A stretch of DNA of 64,000 bases from Nitrososphaeria archaeon (GCA_050011875.1 JBEKIG010000014.1:1-64000), one strand, 5' to 3'; positions 1 through 10,029 are shown, numbered from the stretch's first letter. Program-made: numbers and translations. Notes: generated from the sequence alone by a model not told the origin.

Positions 1-64
1 TACACATAGAAAATGGTATGAAACTAAAGTTCTGGGAATAATTCCAACTCAAGGAGTAAAATAA
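1..64 (+). CDS. possible 3' end of a gene entering the window
   Basis: Frame 2 is open from the window edge (THRKWYETKVLGIIPTQGVK) to TAA at 62-64; too short to identify. Confidence 0.3.
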   Translation, partial: THRKWYETKVLGIIPTQGVK

Positions 65-561
65 GAGAAATCCGTCTTTTTTTGAATATTAGTAAGTATC
101 TATAACATATAGAGAATATCCTGTTATAATAACTTCAAGATCAGGCAGACAAGTGGTTTAAACCCTCTTTAAACCCTTAACCTGCACCATTTTGCAGTTA
201 ACACCCTAGTGACGAGGCCTTAAACTGGTTCAGGCAACACCAACAATCGAGCAGGCTTAGCTATTTAGATCTGTTATTTTTTCCAAATTTCTTTTAGGAT
301 AATGGAAAGGCCTTTGTCATTGGAAAATCATAACGCCAAAAAGTGAGTATCTGGAGGACACAACAACAAGAAAATTAAGCGTGATTTAACGCCATAACGC
401 CAAAACCAATGCGGCGTCCGGGATTTATATCCGAACGGGTATGCAACTGAATTCCTAGCGGGAATTCTATTATATAACTTAAATTTTTAATTCTACAAAT
501 AATCATAATATGGCTCCCTAAAGATATAAACAAGACTTCATTATGAATTTGAATAGGATAG

Positions 562-1533
562 ATGAGCCAAATAGAAGGAGACGACATTAATAGAATAACT
601 GGAATGGTTTTCGGTATAGTTAGAGAATCTGGTTTTCCTATCAAATACAAAAGGAAGTTATCAATTTCTGAGCTGAAATTAAATCAAGATTTGGAAAAAC
701 TAATGGATCAAATAGAGCAAGTCGATAAAACCAATCTGGCAAGAAAAGATAAAACGCTGCAGAAATTTCGTCTAATAGATTCCATGTTCTATAGCTACTT
801 TTCTGATGCTCCTAAAGGTCGGCATGTATGGGATTTCTATATAGAAATTTTAACGGAATTTTTAAAACCTCCAAAAGAATTATACTATCTAAAAGAGACA
901 CAGTTTTCTATTTATCAACATGAATTAAATCTTATCTTAAACAAGATTTTTGACAATGGCAAAATAGATGCAATGGAAGAATTTATAAAAAGAATTTCCC
1001 ATGAAGATATAATTAGTGGCTTACAAGCATTTTATTATCGTCAGCTCAAGCAATATAGATATTTAAAAAAAGTGAATGATACATATTCAAGAAAAACCAT
1101 AGAAAAAGTTATTCAAATATATCAAGAATTTGCAGGTAACTATGAGAAACAAGTGAGGATGCTTGTCGGATTATATGAAATATTGAACGGATCTAAAGAG
1201 CCAGATTATAATACAATTAGAAAAAATAGTCTGGGCATGAATCTCAATCTTATTAATAAGTCTCCCTTTGATGTTTTTGTGAAACCCTTCAATAAGGTCA
1301 TTCGAAATTCTATTGCGCATAGAACTTATGTGTATCACAACGATAGAATGACCATTGAATTCAACGACTTAAAAGAGCGGTTAGAAATCAAGTATGAAGA
1401 ATTTATTAGGCGAACCAAGGAATTTAGTTCTTTAGTTTTAGTTCTATGGCAGATTCAATTAATAACAAGTCTTAAGGATACATTAATTATGAAAGAGAAA
1501 TTCGAAAAAGAGTATTTCAATCATTTAATTTAA
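562..1533 (+). CDS. hypothetical protein with C-terminal HEPN-like RxxxxH motif (putative RNase)
   Basis: 323-aa helical-looking, very AT-rich ORF; IRNSIAH motif near the C-terminus. Confidence 0.6.
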   Translation: MSQIEGDDINRITGMVFGIVRESGFPIKYKRKLSISELKLNQDLEKLMDQIEQVDKTNLARKDKTLQKFRLIDSMFYSYFSDAPKGRHVWDFYIEILTEFLKPPKELYYLKETQFSIYQHELNLILNKIFDNGKIDAMEEFIKRISHEDIISGLQAFYYRQLKQYRYLKKVNDTYSRKTIEKVIQIYQEFAGNYEKQVRMLVGLYEILNGSKEPDYNTIRKNSLGMNLNLINKSPFDVFVKPFNKVIRNSIAHRTYVYHNDRMTIEFNDLKERLEIKYEEFIRRTKEFSSLVLVLWQIQLITSLKDTLIMKEKFEKEYFNHLI

Positions 1534-1544
1534 TAATTGTTGTA

Positions 1545-1741
1545 TCAAGGTATGATCAACTTAGAGCTCTTGAATTTCCCTTTCTCCCCGTAAGTGCTGG
1601 ACGCGTACACCTCAAACTTGGCAGCCTCCGATACCCTGCCCAATAGAGTCGGGCTTACAGAGAAAGTGATTGTTTGATCTTGCCCCACATGGGATTCAAC
1701 CTTAACATTTTTATCAAAGCGGAAAGGGAGAAGTCGCTCAT
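1545..1741 (-). pseudogene. possible frameshifted remnant of a beta-rich (Ig-like) domain
   Basis: ATG at 1741 gives MSDFSLSA; an adjacent frame continues DKNVKVESHVGQDQTITFSVSPTLLG...KLIIP to TGA at 1545. Confidence 0.25.
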
Positions 1742-1942
1742 GAAAAAGTTACTTCACCAAAATATAGAGTTTGCAGCCTCCCTAAAAAGGAGACACCTAC
1801 ACGTTCACCTCACAGAGATATGTCTTTACAAAATCGGTAAATACTAAAAATTTCCCCTAACATCAAGCTGAAACCTGCATCCACCCAATATTAAACAATC
1901 TTTACCAAATTTGTTAATGACATAGCTGAACAAAAAAACATT

Positions 1943-2176
1943 TTGAGCCGATGCGTTTTAAGATTTTTAGTTTTGGCTCAATCAAAAAAAATCGGAAATG
2001 CTATCGATAAACATTCTGCATGATGGCTCAGAGCGATCCCCCTGTGCAATATCGTGCATCATATCGCTCTCATGCAGGACGCATTTAAGTTGAGCGAACA
2101 GCAAAAGGTTATCGATAGCATTTTGTTTTAAAACGTGTTGAGCCAAACCAAATTTAAAATTATTTTTTTTGCTCAA
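1943..2176. repeat. 234-bp degenerate palindromic element with motif pairs symmetric about 2059.5
   Basis: TTGAGC 1943-1948/GCTCAA 2171-2176; TTTGGCTCAA 1972-1981/TTGAGCCAAA 2138-2147; AAATGCTATCGATAA 1996-2010/TTATCGATAGCATTT 2109-2123. Confidence 0.85.
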
Positions 2177-2421
2177 TCAGTTTTAATTTTTGGAAAGCTG
2201 TCCGATAGGGAACTAGAGCTTCTGATTCTCTTCATTTACCATATTAGTAAATGGCACGTCGACGCCGTGCCAGACTCGTTTCATGACAAAAAAATCGCAT
2301 GTTTTATCACTATTTTTTTGGCTAAATTTGGCCTTGAAACGACCTTAAAAACTGTTACCAATCTGGGAAATAGCTCATCCAGTGATATAAAAGTATCCTA
2401 AAATCCCCTTTTGCCCCGTAC

Positions 2422-2511
2422 TTATAACAGGAAGTATGCTATCTCAATGAGAAGTATGATTATGCATCCAACTCCGATAATCCAGACAAATAACGTGATG
2501 GGATCCATCAT
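2422..2511 (-). CDS. small single-TM peptide (29 aa), possibly truncated
   Basis: MMDPITLFVWIIGVGCIIILLIEIAYFLL*, read by hand; below the ORF-track cutoff; one hydrophobic helix. Confidence 0.4.
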   Translation of the reverse strand: MMDPITLFVWIIGVGCIIILLIEIAYFLL

Positions 2512-2991
2512 CTTAGAATTTTGTTCGGGCGATTGCAAAGAGAAACCTACTTCAACCTTGTACAGCAATTAAATTAAATGATTGAATACGAAAATACAAT
2601 TAACATAAAATTTGGAGAATACAAATTTCTTCTTTATAAGAGTTAGGAGGCCTCTAATATTTAGCCCAACTTCCTGCTTGAATGACTGATAGAGATATAG
2701 TTAGAACTAAATCAAAAGGTTAAAAGTATAGGATGAAGGTATCATATCGCAAAAATTTGGAACGAGCAAAATATATCCAGACGAACAGCATAGTCATGCT
2801 TTTTATCTTCCTATAAAAAATTCTTTTGGGTTGAATGCATCCTAATACGTTCATTACGCTTTTCTAAAGCTATCAATAGAGCGGTCGAAAGACCCAGAAA
2901 GTAGCTTCAGCCAGTCATCAATCTTTGATAGGGAATAATAATGGGAAATAAATCCCTTAACTTATAACGAGTTCTCTTGTGACCTTGTCAT

Positions 2992-3396
2992 TCATGGCCT
3001 AAGGGTATCAGCAGTTTCTTTTATTGCCTTGGCAGCAAACATACGAACATCTCCATTTTTATGATCTAGAAGTCTGTAAAGGAGTTCTTTGAATTTCTGA
3101 CCATTAATTTCGTAAAGTTCCTTTGCATTAGTAGAAAGGATGTCTGCAACATTTTTAGGTTCCGAATCCAAAGCGCCCTCAAGTTTCTGGAGTAAATCTT
3201 GTCCATAAACAAAAGGTAGAACCTGAGAACCATAGGTCATGGCCTCAGCTAATTTGCCTTTTCTCTCTATATCGAGTAACAGCTTGAACACATCATCTTT
3301 CTTTCGTCCGATGAAGTCTACCATGGAATGGCAAAAAAATGGAGTAGAATTCAAACAAAATGAAGTAGCTAAGACGGAATTATTTTCTATAATCAT
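2992..3396 (-). CDS. hypothetical protein, HEAT/PBS-like helical C-terminus, possibly a fragment
   Basis: 134-aa ORF; LLDHKNGDVRMFAAKAI resembles a HEAT repeat. Confidence 0.45.
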   Translation of the reverse strand: MIIENNSVLATSFCLNSTPFFCHSMVDFIGRKKDDVFKLLLDIERKGKLAEAMTYGSQVLPFVYGQDLLQKLEGALDSEPKNVADILSTNAKELYEINGQKFKELLYRLLDHKNGDVRMFAAKAIKETADTLRP

Positions 3397-3450
3397 TAAT
3401 AATTGCCTAAAAAGGAATTGAAATGAAGAGTAGTAAAAAGAAATAGGGGT

Positions 3451-5385
3451 TTACCCTATATGGCTTCCCATTTCTTCTATAGCCTTCTTGACTTCGTCGA
3501 CGGAGGCTCCATCTTCAAGTGTGGATACATCGCCTAACGTAGCTCCACCTACAATAGATTTTAGAAGACGCCTCATTATCTTTCCACTTCTAGTTTTAGG
3601 CAATTTATTGACGAAGATTATGTCAGCTGGTACTGCTATCGGGCCTATGGTTGTCCTGACGTGTTTTAAAACTTCTGCCTTAAGACTGTCTGAGGCGGTG
3701 AAGTCTTTCCTAAGCACGACAAATGCGACTGGTACCTCGCCTTTTATTTCGTCAGACCTTCCTATGACCGCTGCCTCCGCAATAGATGGATGAGACACTA
3801 ACGCGCTTTCTATTTCTACAGTCCCTATCCTGTGCCCGGCGACTTTCAGAACCTCGTCAGCTCTTCCTAAGAACCAGATGTATCCTTCGGGATCTTTTAT
3901 AGCGTAGTCACTTGAATAATATATTCCCCCAAATCGTCCAAAGTAAACCATTTTATATCTTTCGGGGTCCTGCCAAAGAGTCTGTAGCATTCCAGGCCAA
4001 GGAGTTTTAATTACCAAGTAGCCTCTTTCTCCTGTCGGAGCTTGCTGGCCGTCATCATTGTACACTTCAGCTAAAATTCCTGGTAACGGGAATGTTGCCG
4101 AACCTGGCTTAAGAGGCACGAGTTCTATTCCTATCGCAGGCGATATCATAAACCCTCCTGTTTCGGTCTGCCACCATGTGTCTATGATTGGTAGTTTCTC
4201 TTTTCCTAGAACTCTGTAGTACCAGAGCCAAGCTTCTGGGTTAATTGGTTCACCGACGGTTCCAAGAATGCGTAGACTTGTTACATCATGCTTCATCACC
4301 CATTCATCTCCGAATTTCATAAACATTCTAACCACAGTAGGGGATGTATAGAGTATAGTAATACCTTGTTTTTCTACTGTACTCCACCATCTATCAGGTT
4401 GAGGATAGTCAGGAGCCCCGTCAAACATGTATGTAGTTGCCCCAATCATCAAAGGCGCATACACGACGTAACTGTGCCCTGTAATCCAGCCAATGTCGGC
4501 CGTACACCACCAGATATCAGTGTCTTTAGGATTGAAAGCCCACTTAAGCGTCCAGTAGATCCAAACAAGGTATCCTCCAGTAGCATGCTGAACACCCTTA
4601 GGTTTACCAGTTGTCCCAGAAGTGTATAACAAGAATATCGGATCACTTGATTCTAGTTGTTCAGGACTTACGAATACATTGGGCTCTACGTTGTTAACCA
4701 AATCGGTGTACCAGAAGTCCCGTCCTTCTTTCATGCTAACCTGCTGTCCAGCATATTTTACAACCACCATTTTTTCGACTGTCGGACTTTTTTCAAGAGC
4801 TTGATCTGCAATTTTCTTTAATTCAACCACCTTTCCCCTCCTAAGGCTACCGTCTGCTGTAACGAGCACCTTTGCTCCCGCGTTGTTAACTCTGTCGGCT
4901 AGAGCATCCGCACTGAAACCAGAGAAGACCACAACATGCGGGGCACCAAGTCTTGCGGCCGCAAGCATGGCTATTGGAAGCTCGGGAATCATGGGAAGAT
5001 ACAATGCAATTCTGTCACCCTTCTTTACACCGAAGTCCTGTAATACTTTAGAAAACCTGTTCACTTCGTGATATAGTTGATTATAAGTTATGGTTCTAAC
5101 TTCCCCGTTTTCCCCTTCCCATATATATGCAGCCTTGTTCTTTTTTTCTGAGTTTACATGTCTGTCCAGACAATTATAGCTTGCGTTGATCTTACCGTTG
5201 ACAAACCATTTGTAAAATGGTTTATTAGTATCATCAAGAACTTTGTCCCAAGTCTTGAACCAGTCAAGGGATCGTGCTTTTTCATCCCAGTACTTTTCGG
5301 GATCCTTAATCGATCTTTCCCACTCTTCGTTTCTTATCTTTCCGGGTTCGAACTTCATATGAAATGGCAAGGATGTTTCAGACAT
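3451..5385 (-). CDS. acs: acetate--CoA ligase (AMP-forming acetyl-CoA synthetase)
   Basis: YTSGTTGKPKG, DTWWQTETGG and PKTRSGKIMRR motifs; 644 aa. Confidence 0.97.
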   Translation of the reverse strand: MSETSLPFHMKFEPGKIRNEEWERSIKDPEKYWDEKARSLDWFKTWDKVLDDTNKPFYKWFVNGKINASYNCLDRHVNSEKKNKAAYIWEGENGEVRTITYNQLYHEVNRFSKVLQDFGVKKGDRIALYLPMIPELPIAMLAAARLGAPHVVVFSGFSADALADRVNNAGAKVLVTADGSLRRGKVVELKKIADQALEKSPTVEKMVVVKYAGQQVSMKEGRDFWYTDLVNNVEPNVFVSPEQLESSDPIFLLYTSGTTGKPKGVQHATGGYLVWIYWTLKWAFNPKDTDIWWCTADIGWITGHSYVVYAPLMIGATTYMFDGAPDYPQPDRWWSTVEKQGITILYTSPTVVRMFMKFGDEWVMKHDVTSLRILGTVGEPINPEAWLWYYRVLGKEKLPIIDTWWQTETGGFMISPAIGIELVPLKPGSATFPLPGILAEVYNDDGQQAPTGERGYLVIKTPWPGMLQTLWQDPERYKMVYFGRFGGIYYSSDYAIKDPEGYIWFLGRADEVLKVAGHRIGTVEIESALVSHPSIAEAAVIGRSDEIKGEVPVAFVVLRKDFTASDSLKAEVLKHVRTTIGPIAVPADIIFVNKLPKTRSGKIMRRLLKSIVGGATLGDVSTLEDGASVDEVKKAIEEMGSHIG

Positions 5386-5570
5386 ATTTTATCACGGATA
5401 GGGGTAGAATGATGCTTTTTAAAAATATTTGTTATTATTGATGTCTACAGAATGTCGTTACCTTAAAGAAAAAACTTTACTTAAGGCTTGTTACACTTCT
5501 TTTAATAAGCATAAGGAGATAAAGATGCTAATAAAGCCTTTTATAAAGCGAAACCTAAACAATAAACCAG

Positions 5571-7631
5571 ATGGCGAAGGATCCAGTATGTGGAATGTAT
5601 GTTGAAGAAAACGAAAACGCATTAAAGGTCACGGTGAGAGGAACAACATATTATTTTTGCAGTCAAACTTGCATGAACACATTCCTTCAGCCAGAAAAAG
5701 AAATGAGGAACACAAAGTTCCTCGTAATTCTATCCTTCTCTCTTGGTGTACCGATATTCATATTAAGCTATACATCATTTTTAAACACAAACTTAAATAA
5801 TTTAATCCAATTCATACTTGCGACACCTGTGCAATTTATCGCCGGTGGGAGGTTCTATAGAGGGTTTTATCATTCACTAAGAGCAAAATCAGCAAACATG
5901 GATACTCTGATTGCTACAGGAACCTCCGCAGCATATTTTTACAGTGCCTTAGTGACCTTCCAGGTCTATCTGCCTTTACCAAAGTTTCCTGAAGCAACTT
6001 ATTATGATGCTTCAACTCTAATAATTGCCTTTATTTTGACTGGAAAATACTTTGAATATATTGTAAAAGGAAAAGCGTCAGACGCCGTTAGAAAACTTAT
6101 GGATCTACAGCCTAGGATGGCACATATATCCAAAGATGGAAGTGAGATGGATGTACCAGTTGAAAATATTGAAGTCGGGAACGTTATGATAATCAAACCT
6201 GGAGAAAGGATTCCAACGGACGGTGTTGTGCTTGAAGGTTATTCTTCCGTAGATGAAAAAATGATAACAGGAGAAAGTGTTCCGATTGAGAAGAAGAAAG
6301 GCGACCAAGTGATAGGTGCAACAATAAACAAAACTGGTGTTTTAAGGGTTAAAGCAACAAAGATAGGTACCGATACAACACTAGCTCAGATAATAAAGCT
6401 TGTTGAAGAAGCGCAAATAGCACGGGCTCCAATAGAAAGGTTAGTTAACGTTGTAGCATCATATTTTGTACCATTAGTTGTTAGCGTAGCTTTGATTTCT
6501 TTTTTGGGATGGTATCTGCTGCTCGGTAGGTCATTCGCATTCTCTTTTTCTACATTTATAGCCGTACTAGTTATCGCCTGCCCCTGTGCGCTGGGCCTCG
6601 CAACTCCGGCCGCGATAGTCGTAGGTACCGGAAAAGGCGCAGAACAGGGAATATTGATAAAGGGAGGAGAATACCTTGAGAATGCTTACAAGCTGAAAAC
6701 TGTTGTTTTTGATAAAACGGGGACACTTACTGAAGGAAAACTTGAAGTAACAGATATTGTCCCAATAGCTACGTACACTCCTGGAGAAATTCTTTTCCTT
6801 TCAGCTTCCGTTGAATCCAATTCAGAGCATCCCTTAGGAGAGGCATTAGTCAGAAAAGCTAAGGAAGAAGGCATTAAGTTTGCTGATGTATATGGCTTTG
6901 AAGCTTTACCGGGTCTTGGAATAAGGGCAGAAGTCGAAGGCAAAGAAATTGTTTTAGGAAACAAGAAACTGTTTGAACAGATGAACATTGAATTTGGTCC
7001 AATGGAAGAGAGGCTTAACGATCTGGAAAGCAACGGTAAAACCGCAATGATCGTTTCTTCAGGTAGGCAAATTATTGGAGTAATAGGTTTTTCAGATGTA
7101 TTAAAGAAAGAAGCTGAACAGGCAATTAAGATGCTCAAAGATAAGGGATTGGAAGTAATTATGCTCACAGGTGACAATAAAAGAACCGCTTACGCAATTG
7201 CAAAAAGATTAGGAATAGAGAAAGTTATCGCTGAAGTGCTTCCAAAGGATAAAGCGAATGTGATAAGAGAGTTAAGGAAAGAGGGAAAAATAGTCGCCAT
7301 GGTTGGAGATGGAATAAACGACGCTCCAGCACTCGCAGAAGCAGATATCGGAATAGCGATCGGAAGTGGTACAGATGTTGCGATAGAGACAGGTGGAATC
7401 ATCCTGATAAAGGATGATCTTCGCGATGTGCCTAACGCAATACAACTTAGTAGAAAGACGATGTCAAAGATAAGACAGAACCTCTTCTGGGCCTTTATAT
7501 ACAATATCGTCCTTATTCCGGTTGCAGCACTGGGTTTTCTTAATCCAATACTGGCAGGTTTAGCGATGGGCCTCAGCTCTGTTACAGTAGTAACAAACTC
7601 TCTGACACTGAGAAATTTGAAGTTCGAATAA
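5571..7631 (+). CDS. copA: copper-translocating P1B-type ATPase with N-terminal YHS/TRASH domain
   Basis: DPVCGM..YYFCS N-terminus; TGES, CPCALGL, DKTGT, HP, GDGIND and YN motifs. Confidence 0.95.
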   Translation: MAKDPVCGMYVEENENALKVTVRGTTYYFCSQTCMNTFLQPEKEMRNTKFLVILSFSLGVPIFILSYTSFLNTNLNNLIQFILATPVQFIAGGRFYRGFYHSLRAKSANMDTLIATGTSAAYFYSALVTFQVYLPLPKFPEATYYDASTLIIAFILTGKYFEYIVKGKASDAVRKLMDLQPRMAHISKDGSEMDVPVENIEVGNVMIIKPGERIPTDGVVLEGYSSVDEKMITGESVPIEKKKGDQVIGATINKTGVLRVKATKIGTDTTLAQIIKLVEEAQIARAPIERLVNVVASYFVPLVVSVALISFLGWYLLLGRSFAFSFSTFIAVLVIACPCALGLATPAAIVVGTGKGAEQGILIKGGEYLENAYKLKTVVFDKTGTLTEGKLEVTDIVPIATYTPGEILFLSASVESNSEHPLGEALVRKAKEEGIKFADVYGFEALPGLGIRAEVEGKEIVLGNKKLFEQMNIEFGPMEERLNDLESNGKTAMIVSSGRQIIGVIGFSDVLKKEAEQAIKMLKDKGLEVIMLTGDNKRTAYAIAKRLGIEKVIAEVLPKDKANVIRELRKEGKIVAMVGDGINDAPALAEADIGIAIGSGTDVAIETGGIILIKDDLRDVPNAIQLSRKTMSKIRQNLFWAFIYNIVLIPVAALGFLNPILAGLAMGLSSVTVVTNSLTLRNLKFE

Positions 7632-7696
7632 GCATCCTTCTAAAGATAAGACAAATCCAGTACATAGGCTACAAATAGTACAGTATTATTTACAAT

Positions 7697-8740
7697 CTAT
7701 CCTTTTATCACTTTTTCTGCGTCGACATTAAGCTCCTTTGCTACTTTCACTATATCAGCCCAAAAGATGTCATCAACAAGTATTCCCTCTTTCTTTCTAC
7801 GTTCCTCTTCATTCCATTCAGGTTCACCCGGTAAAAGTATATCTTTAAAACCAGGTCTTTTTTCTGCAGACTTTATGTGTCTGATCATTGAGTCTATGCG
7901 TTTTTTGAATTCTCCTATTGGACAGTAACCCGCTGGATCGATCGCAGTGAAAACATGGCCGAAACCTTTTTCATCAAGGCTGCATCCAGAACCTATCCCC
8001 CCCGCTAGTGCCTCTACTATAACGCTAAGACCGTACCCTTTATATTCGCTATATGGGAATCCAAAACCCACTGGCGCGGCTTCACCATTTCTAAAAGCGG
8101 TCGGATCATTTGACCAGGTACCATCTTTTTTAATAAGCCATCCGTCAGGTATTTTTTGTCCGCGGACAGACATGACATCAAGATGCCCCATCGCAACAGC
8201 CGTAGTGGCCATGTCCAATACTATGGGTTTTTCATTCATCGAGGGAATCGCTATACATAAAGGATTGATTCCTAATCGGCCTTCAACAGCTCCGTACGGT
8301 GCCGCACCGTGACCACCACCTCTACATAGCGTGATTCCTATCAGATTCTTTTTAACAGCCATCATTGAATAATAATATAAAGCTCCAATATGTCCTGGCC
8401 CTTTAACACCTACAGAGCCCATTTTATATTTCTTGGCCTTCGATATAGCCATCCCCATAGCTTTCTTTCCTGCAACGAAACCAAAGCCGCCACCATCATC
8501 GAGCATAGCCGTTGTTTCAGTTTCTTTTAGCACCGTAATTTTGGCTTTTGTTTTTAAGCGACCTTCCTTAATCGAATTAATATACATGGGTATTGATCGA
8601 ACGCCATGTGAGTCTACACCGTGTAGACTTGTTGTTACCAGAATTTCTGAAACAACTTTAGCTTCTTGGTTTGAAGCGCCAGCAGCCTTAAAGATTGATG
8701 TAGACAATCGTCTTAAAGATTCCTCTTCCATTCTAACCAT
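7697..8740 (-). CDS. Ldh_2 family (malate/L-lactate/L-sulfolactate) dehydrogenase
   Basis: GVDSHG, HIGAL, NPLCIA, LDMAT, YKGYGL and PGE motifs; likely start at ATG 8740 rather than 8809. Confidence 0.9.
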   Translation of the reverse strand: MVRMEEESLRRLSTSIFKAAGASNQEAKVVSEILVTTSLHGVDSHGVRSIPMYINSIKEGRLKTKAKITVLKETETTAMLDDGGGFGFVAGKKAMGMAISKAKKYKMGSVGVKGPGHIGALYYYSMMAVKKNLIGITLCRGGGHGAAPYGAVEGRLGINPLCIAIPSMNEKPIVLDMATTAVAMGHLDVMSVRGQKIPDGWLIKKDGTWSNDPTAFRNGEAAPVGFGFPYSEYKGYGLSVIVEALAGGIGSGCSLDEKGFGHVFTAIDPAGYCPIGEFKKRIDSMIRHIKSAEKRPGFKDILLPGEPEWNEEERRKKEGILVDDIFWADIVKVAKELNVDAEKVIKG

Positions 8741-9046
8741 ATACCATCTACAAAGACATTCATCGACGCCTATTTTTAACTTTTGGAATGATATTCTTCC
8801 ATAATCCACAAGTTATAATCAACTATTGACATCAAGATTTATTAATATTTTTAAAATTTAATCCTTTTGTCAAATACTGTTTTGTTAAGTTTTTGGGTGT
8901 TTAATGTAGATGTTAACTGTCTGGTGATGACAATTCCTATTAACTTTTGGTAGAGATTAAGAATCTAGTTGAAAAAGGGATATAACTTGGTAAATAATTT
9001 TTCTGCAATCTTAACAAGAGTATATTTAAGAAAGTGAGATGATAGG

Positions 9047-9841
9047 ATGAAAAGGTTTAAACATAATTGTGTTTCTATCTGCCACATGTGGCGGTTAATA
9101 GTCAACGAAGGCACTGCAGCGGAGAATATGGCTATTGATGAATCAATCTTGAATCTAAAAGGAGAAGAAAAAAGCCCAAACACTCTTAGGTTATACGTTT
9201 TCTCACCAAGTGCTGTAACTATCGGATATTCTCAAAAAATTAATGATGTAATTGATAGAGAATTTGCTGATAAACAAAGGATATCAGTAGTGAGAAGAAT
9301 TACAGGGGGCGGAGCGGTATATCACGATCAAAAAGGTGAAATAACATATAGTATTGTCGCCCGTATTGATGACATGCCATTAGACATACAGGAGACATTC
9401 GCGAAAATATGCAGCGGTATAGTATATGCGCTTGAAGAGTTTGAACTTCAAGCAAGATTTGAACCAATCAACGATGTAGTTGTAAATGGTAAGAAAATAT
9501 CAGGCAGTGCACAAATAAGAAAGAAAAACGCTATCCTGCAACATGGGACAGTCTTATATAACACTGATATTTTTACGTTGGGTAAACTTTTAAGAGTACC
9601 AAAAGAGAAGTTGACGAGGCATGGTGTAGATACCATATTTGACAGGGTAACAACAATTTCGCGGGAGATAAATCGAAAAGTCACTAAAGAAGAAGTTATT
9701 GATGCCCTCATAAAAGGGTTTGGAAGAGCATTAAATGTGGAATTTGAGAAAAGCCCTCTTGAAAAAATTGAAATTAACCTTGCCCAAAAAGCTGCAGAAA
9801 AATATAAGAATGTAAAGTGGAACTATAATGGTTATAATTGA
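9047..9841 (+). CDS. lipoate-protein ligase, catalytic domain only (LplA-N/LipM-like)
   Basis: NMAIDE, RRITGGGAVYHD, KKISGSAQ and LQHGT motifs. Confidence 0.92.
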   Translation: MKRFKHNCVSICHMWRLIVNEGTAAENMAIDESILNLKGEEKSPNTLRLYVFSPSAVTIGYSQKINDVIDREFADKQRISVVRRITGGGAVYHDQKGEITYSIVARIDDMPLDIQETFAKICSGIVYALEEFELQARFEPINDVVVNGKKISGSAQIRKKNAILQHGTVLYNTDIFTLGKLLRVPKEKLTRHGVDTIFDRVTTISREINRKVTKEEVIDALIKGFGRALNVEFEKSPLEKIEINLAQKAAEKYKNVKWNYNGYN

Positions 9842-10029
9842 ATAGTTAATAATAATTATTTTGATTATTAGGATATTATGTTCTAAAACACATGAAACGA
9901 TTTTTTGAGCATGCAAAAAAGCTTTGGTTAACTCTTCACTTCGTGTTGCGTCAAAACGTTTATTAATCAAGTTAAAAGGATATTCCGCAAAATCCTTTTA
10001 GTCATAAGAAGATTTTTAAAAAAAGGAAT

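Noticed and set aside
1943-2176. Dyad element as an archaeal chromosomal origin (ORB boxes)
   Set aside because: No ORB-like consensus with a G-string and no cdc6/orc1 gene in the window
1982-2401. ORFs 1982-2176 (-) and 2135-2401 (+)
   Set aside because: They overlap the palindromic element, contain homopolymer runs and lack protein-like motifs; more likely non-coding
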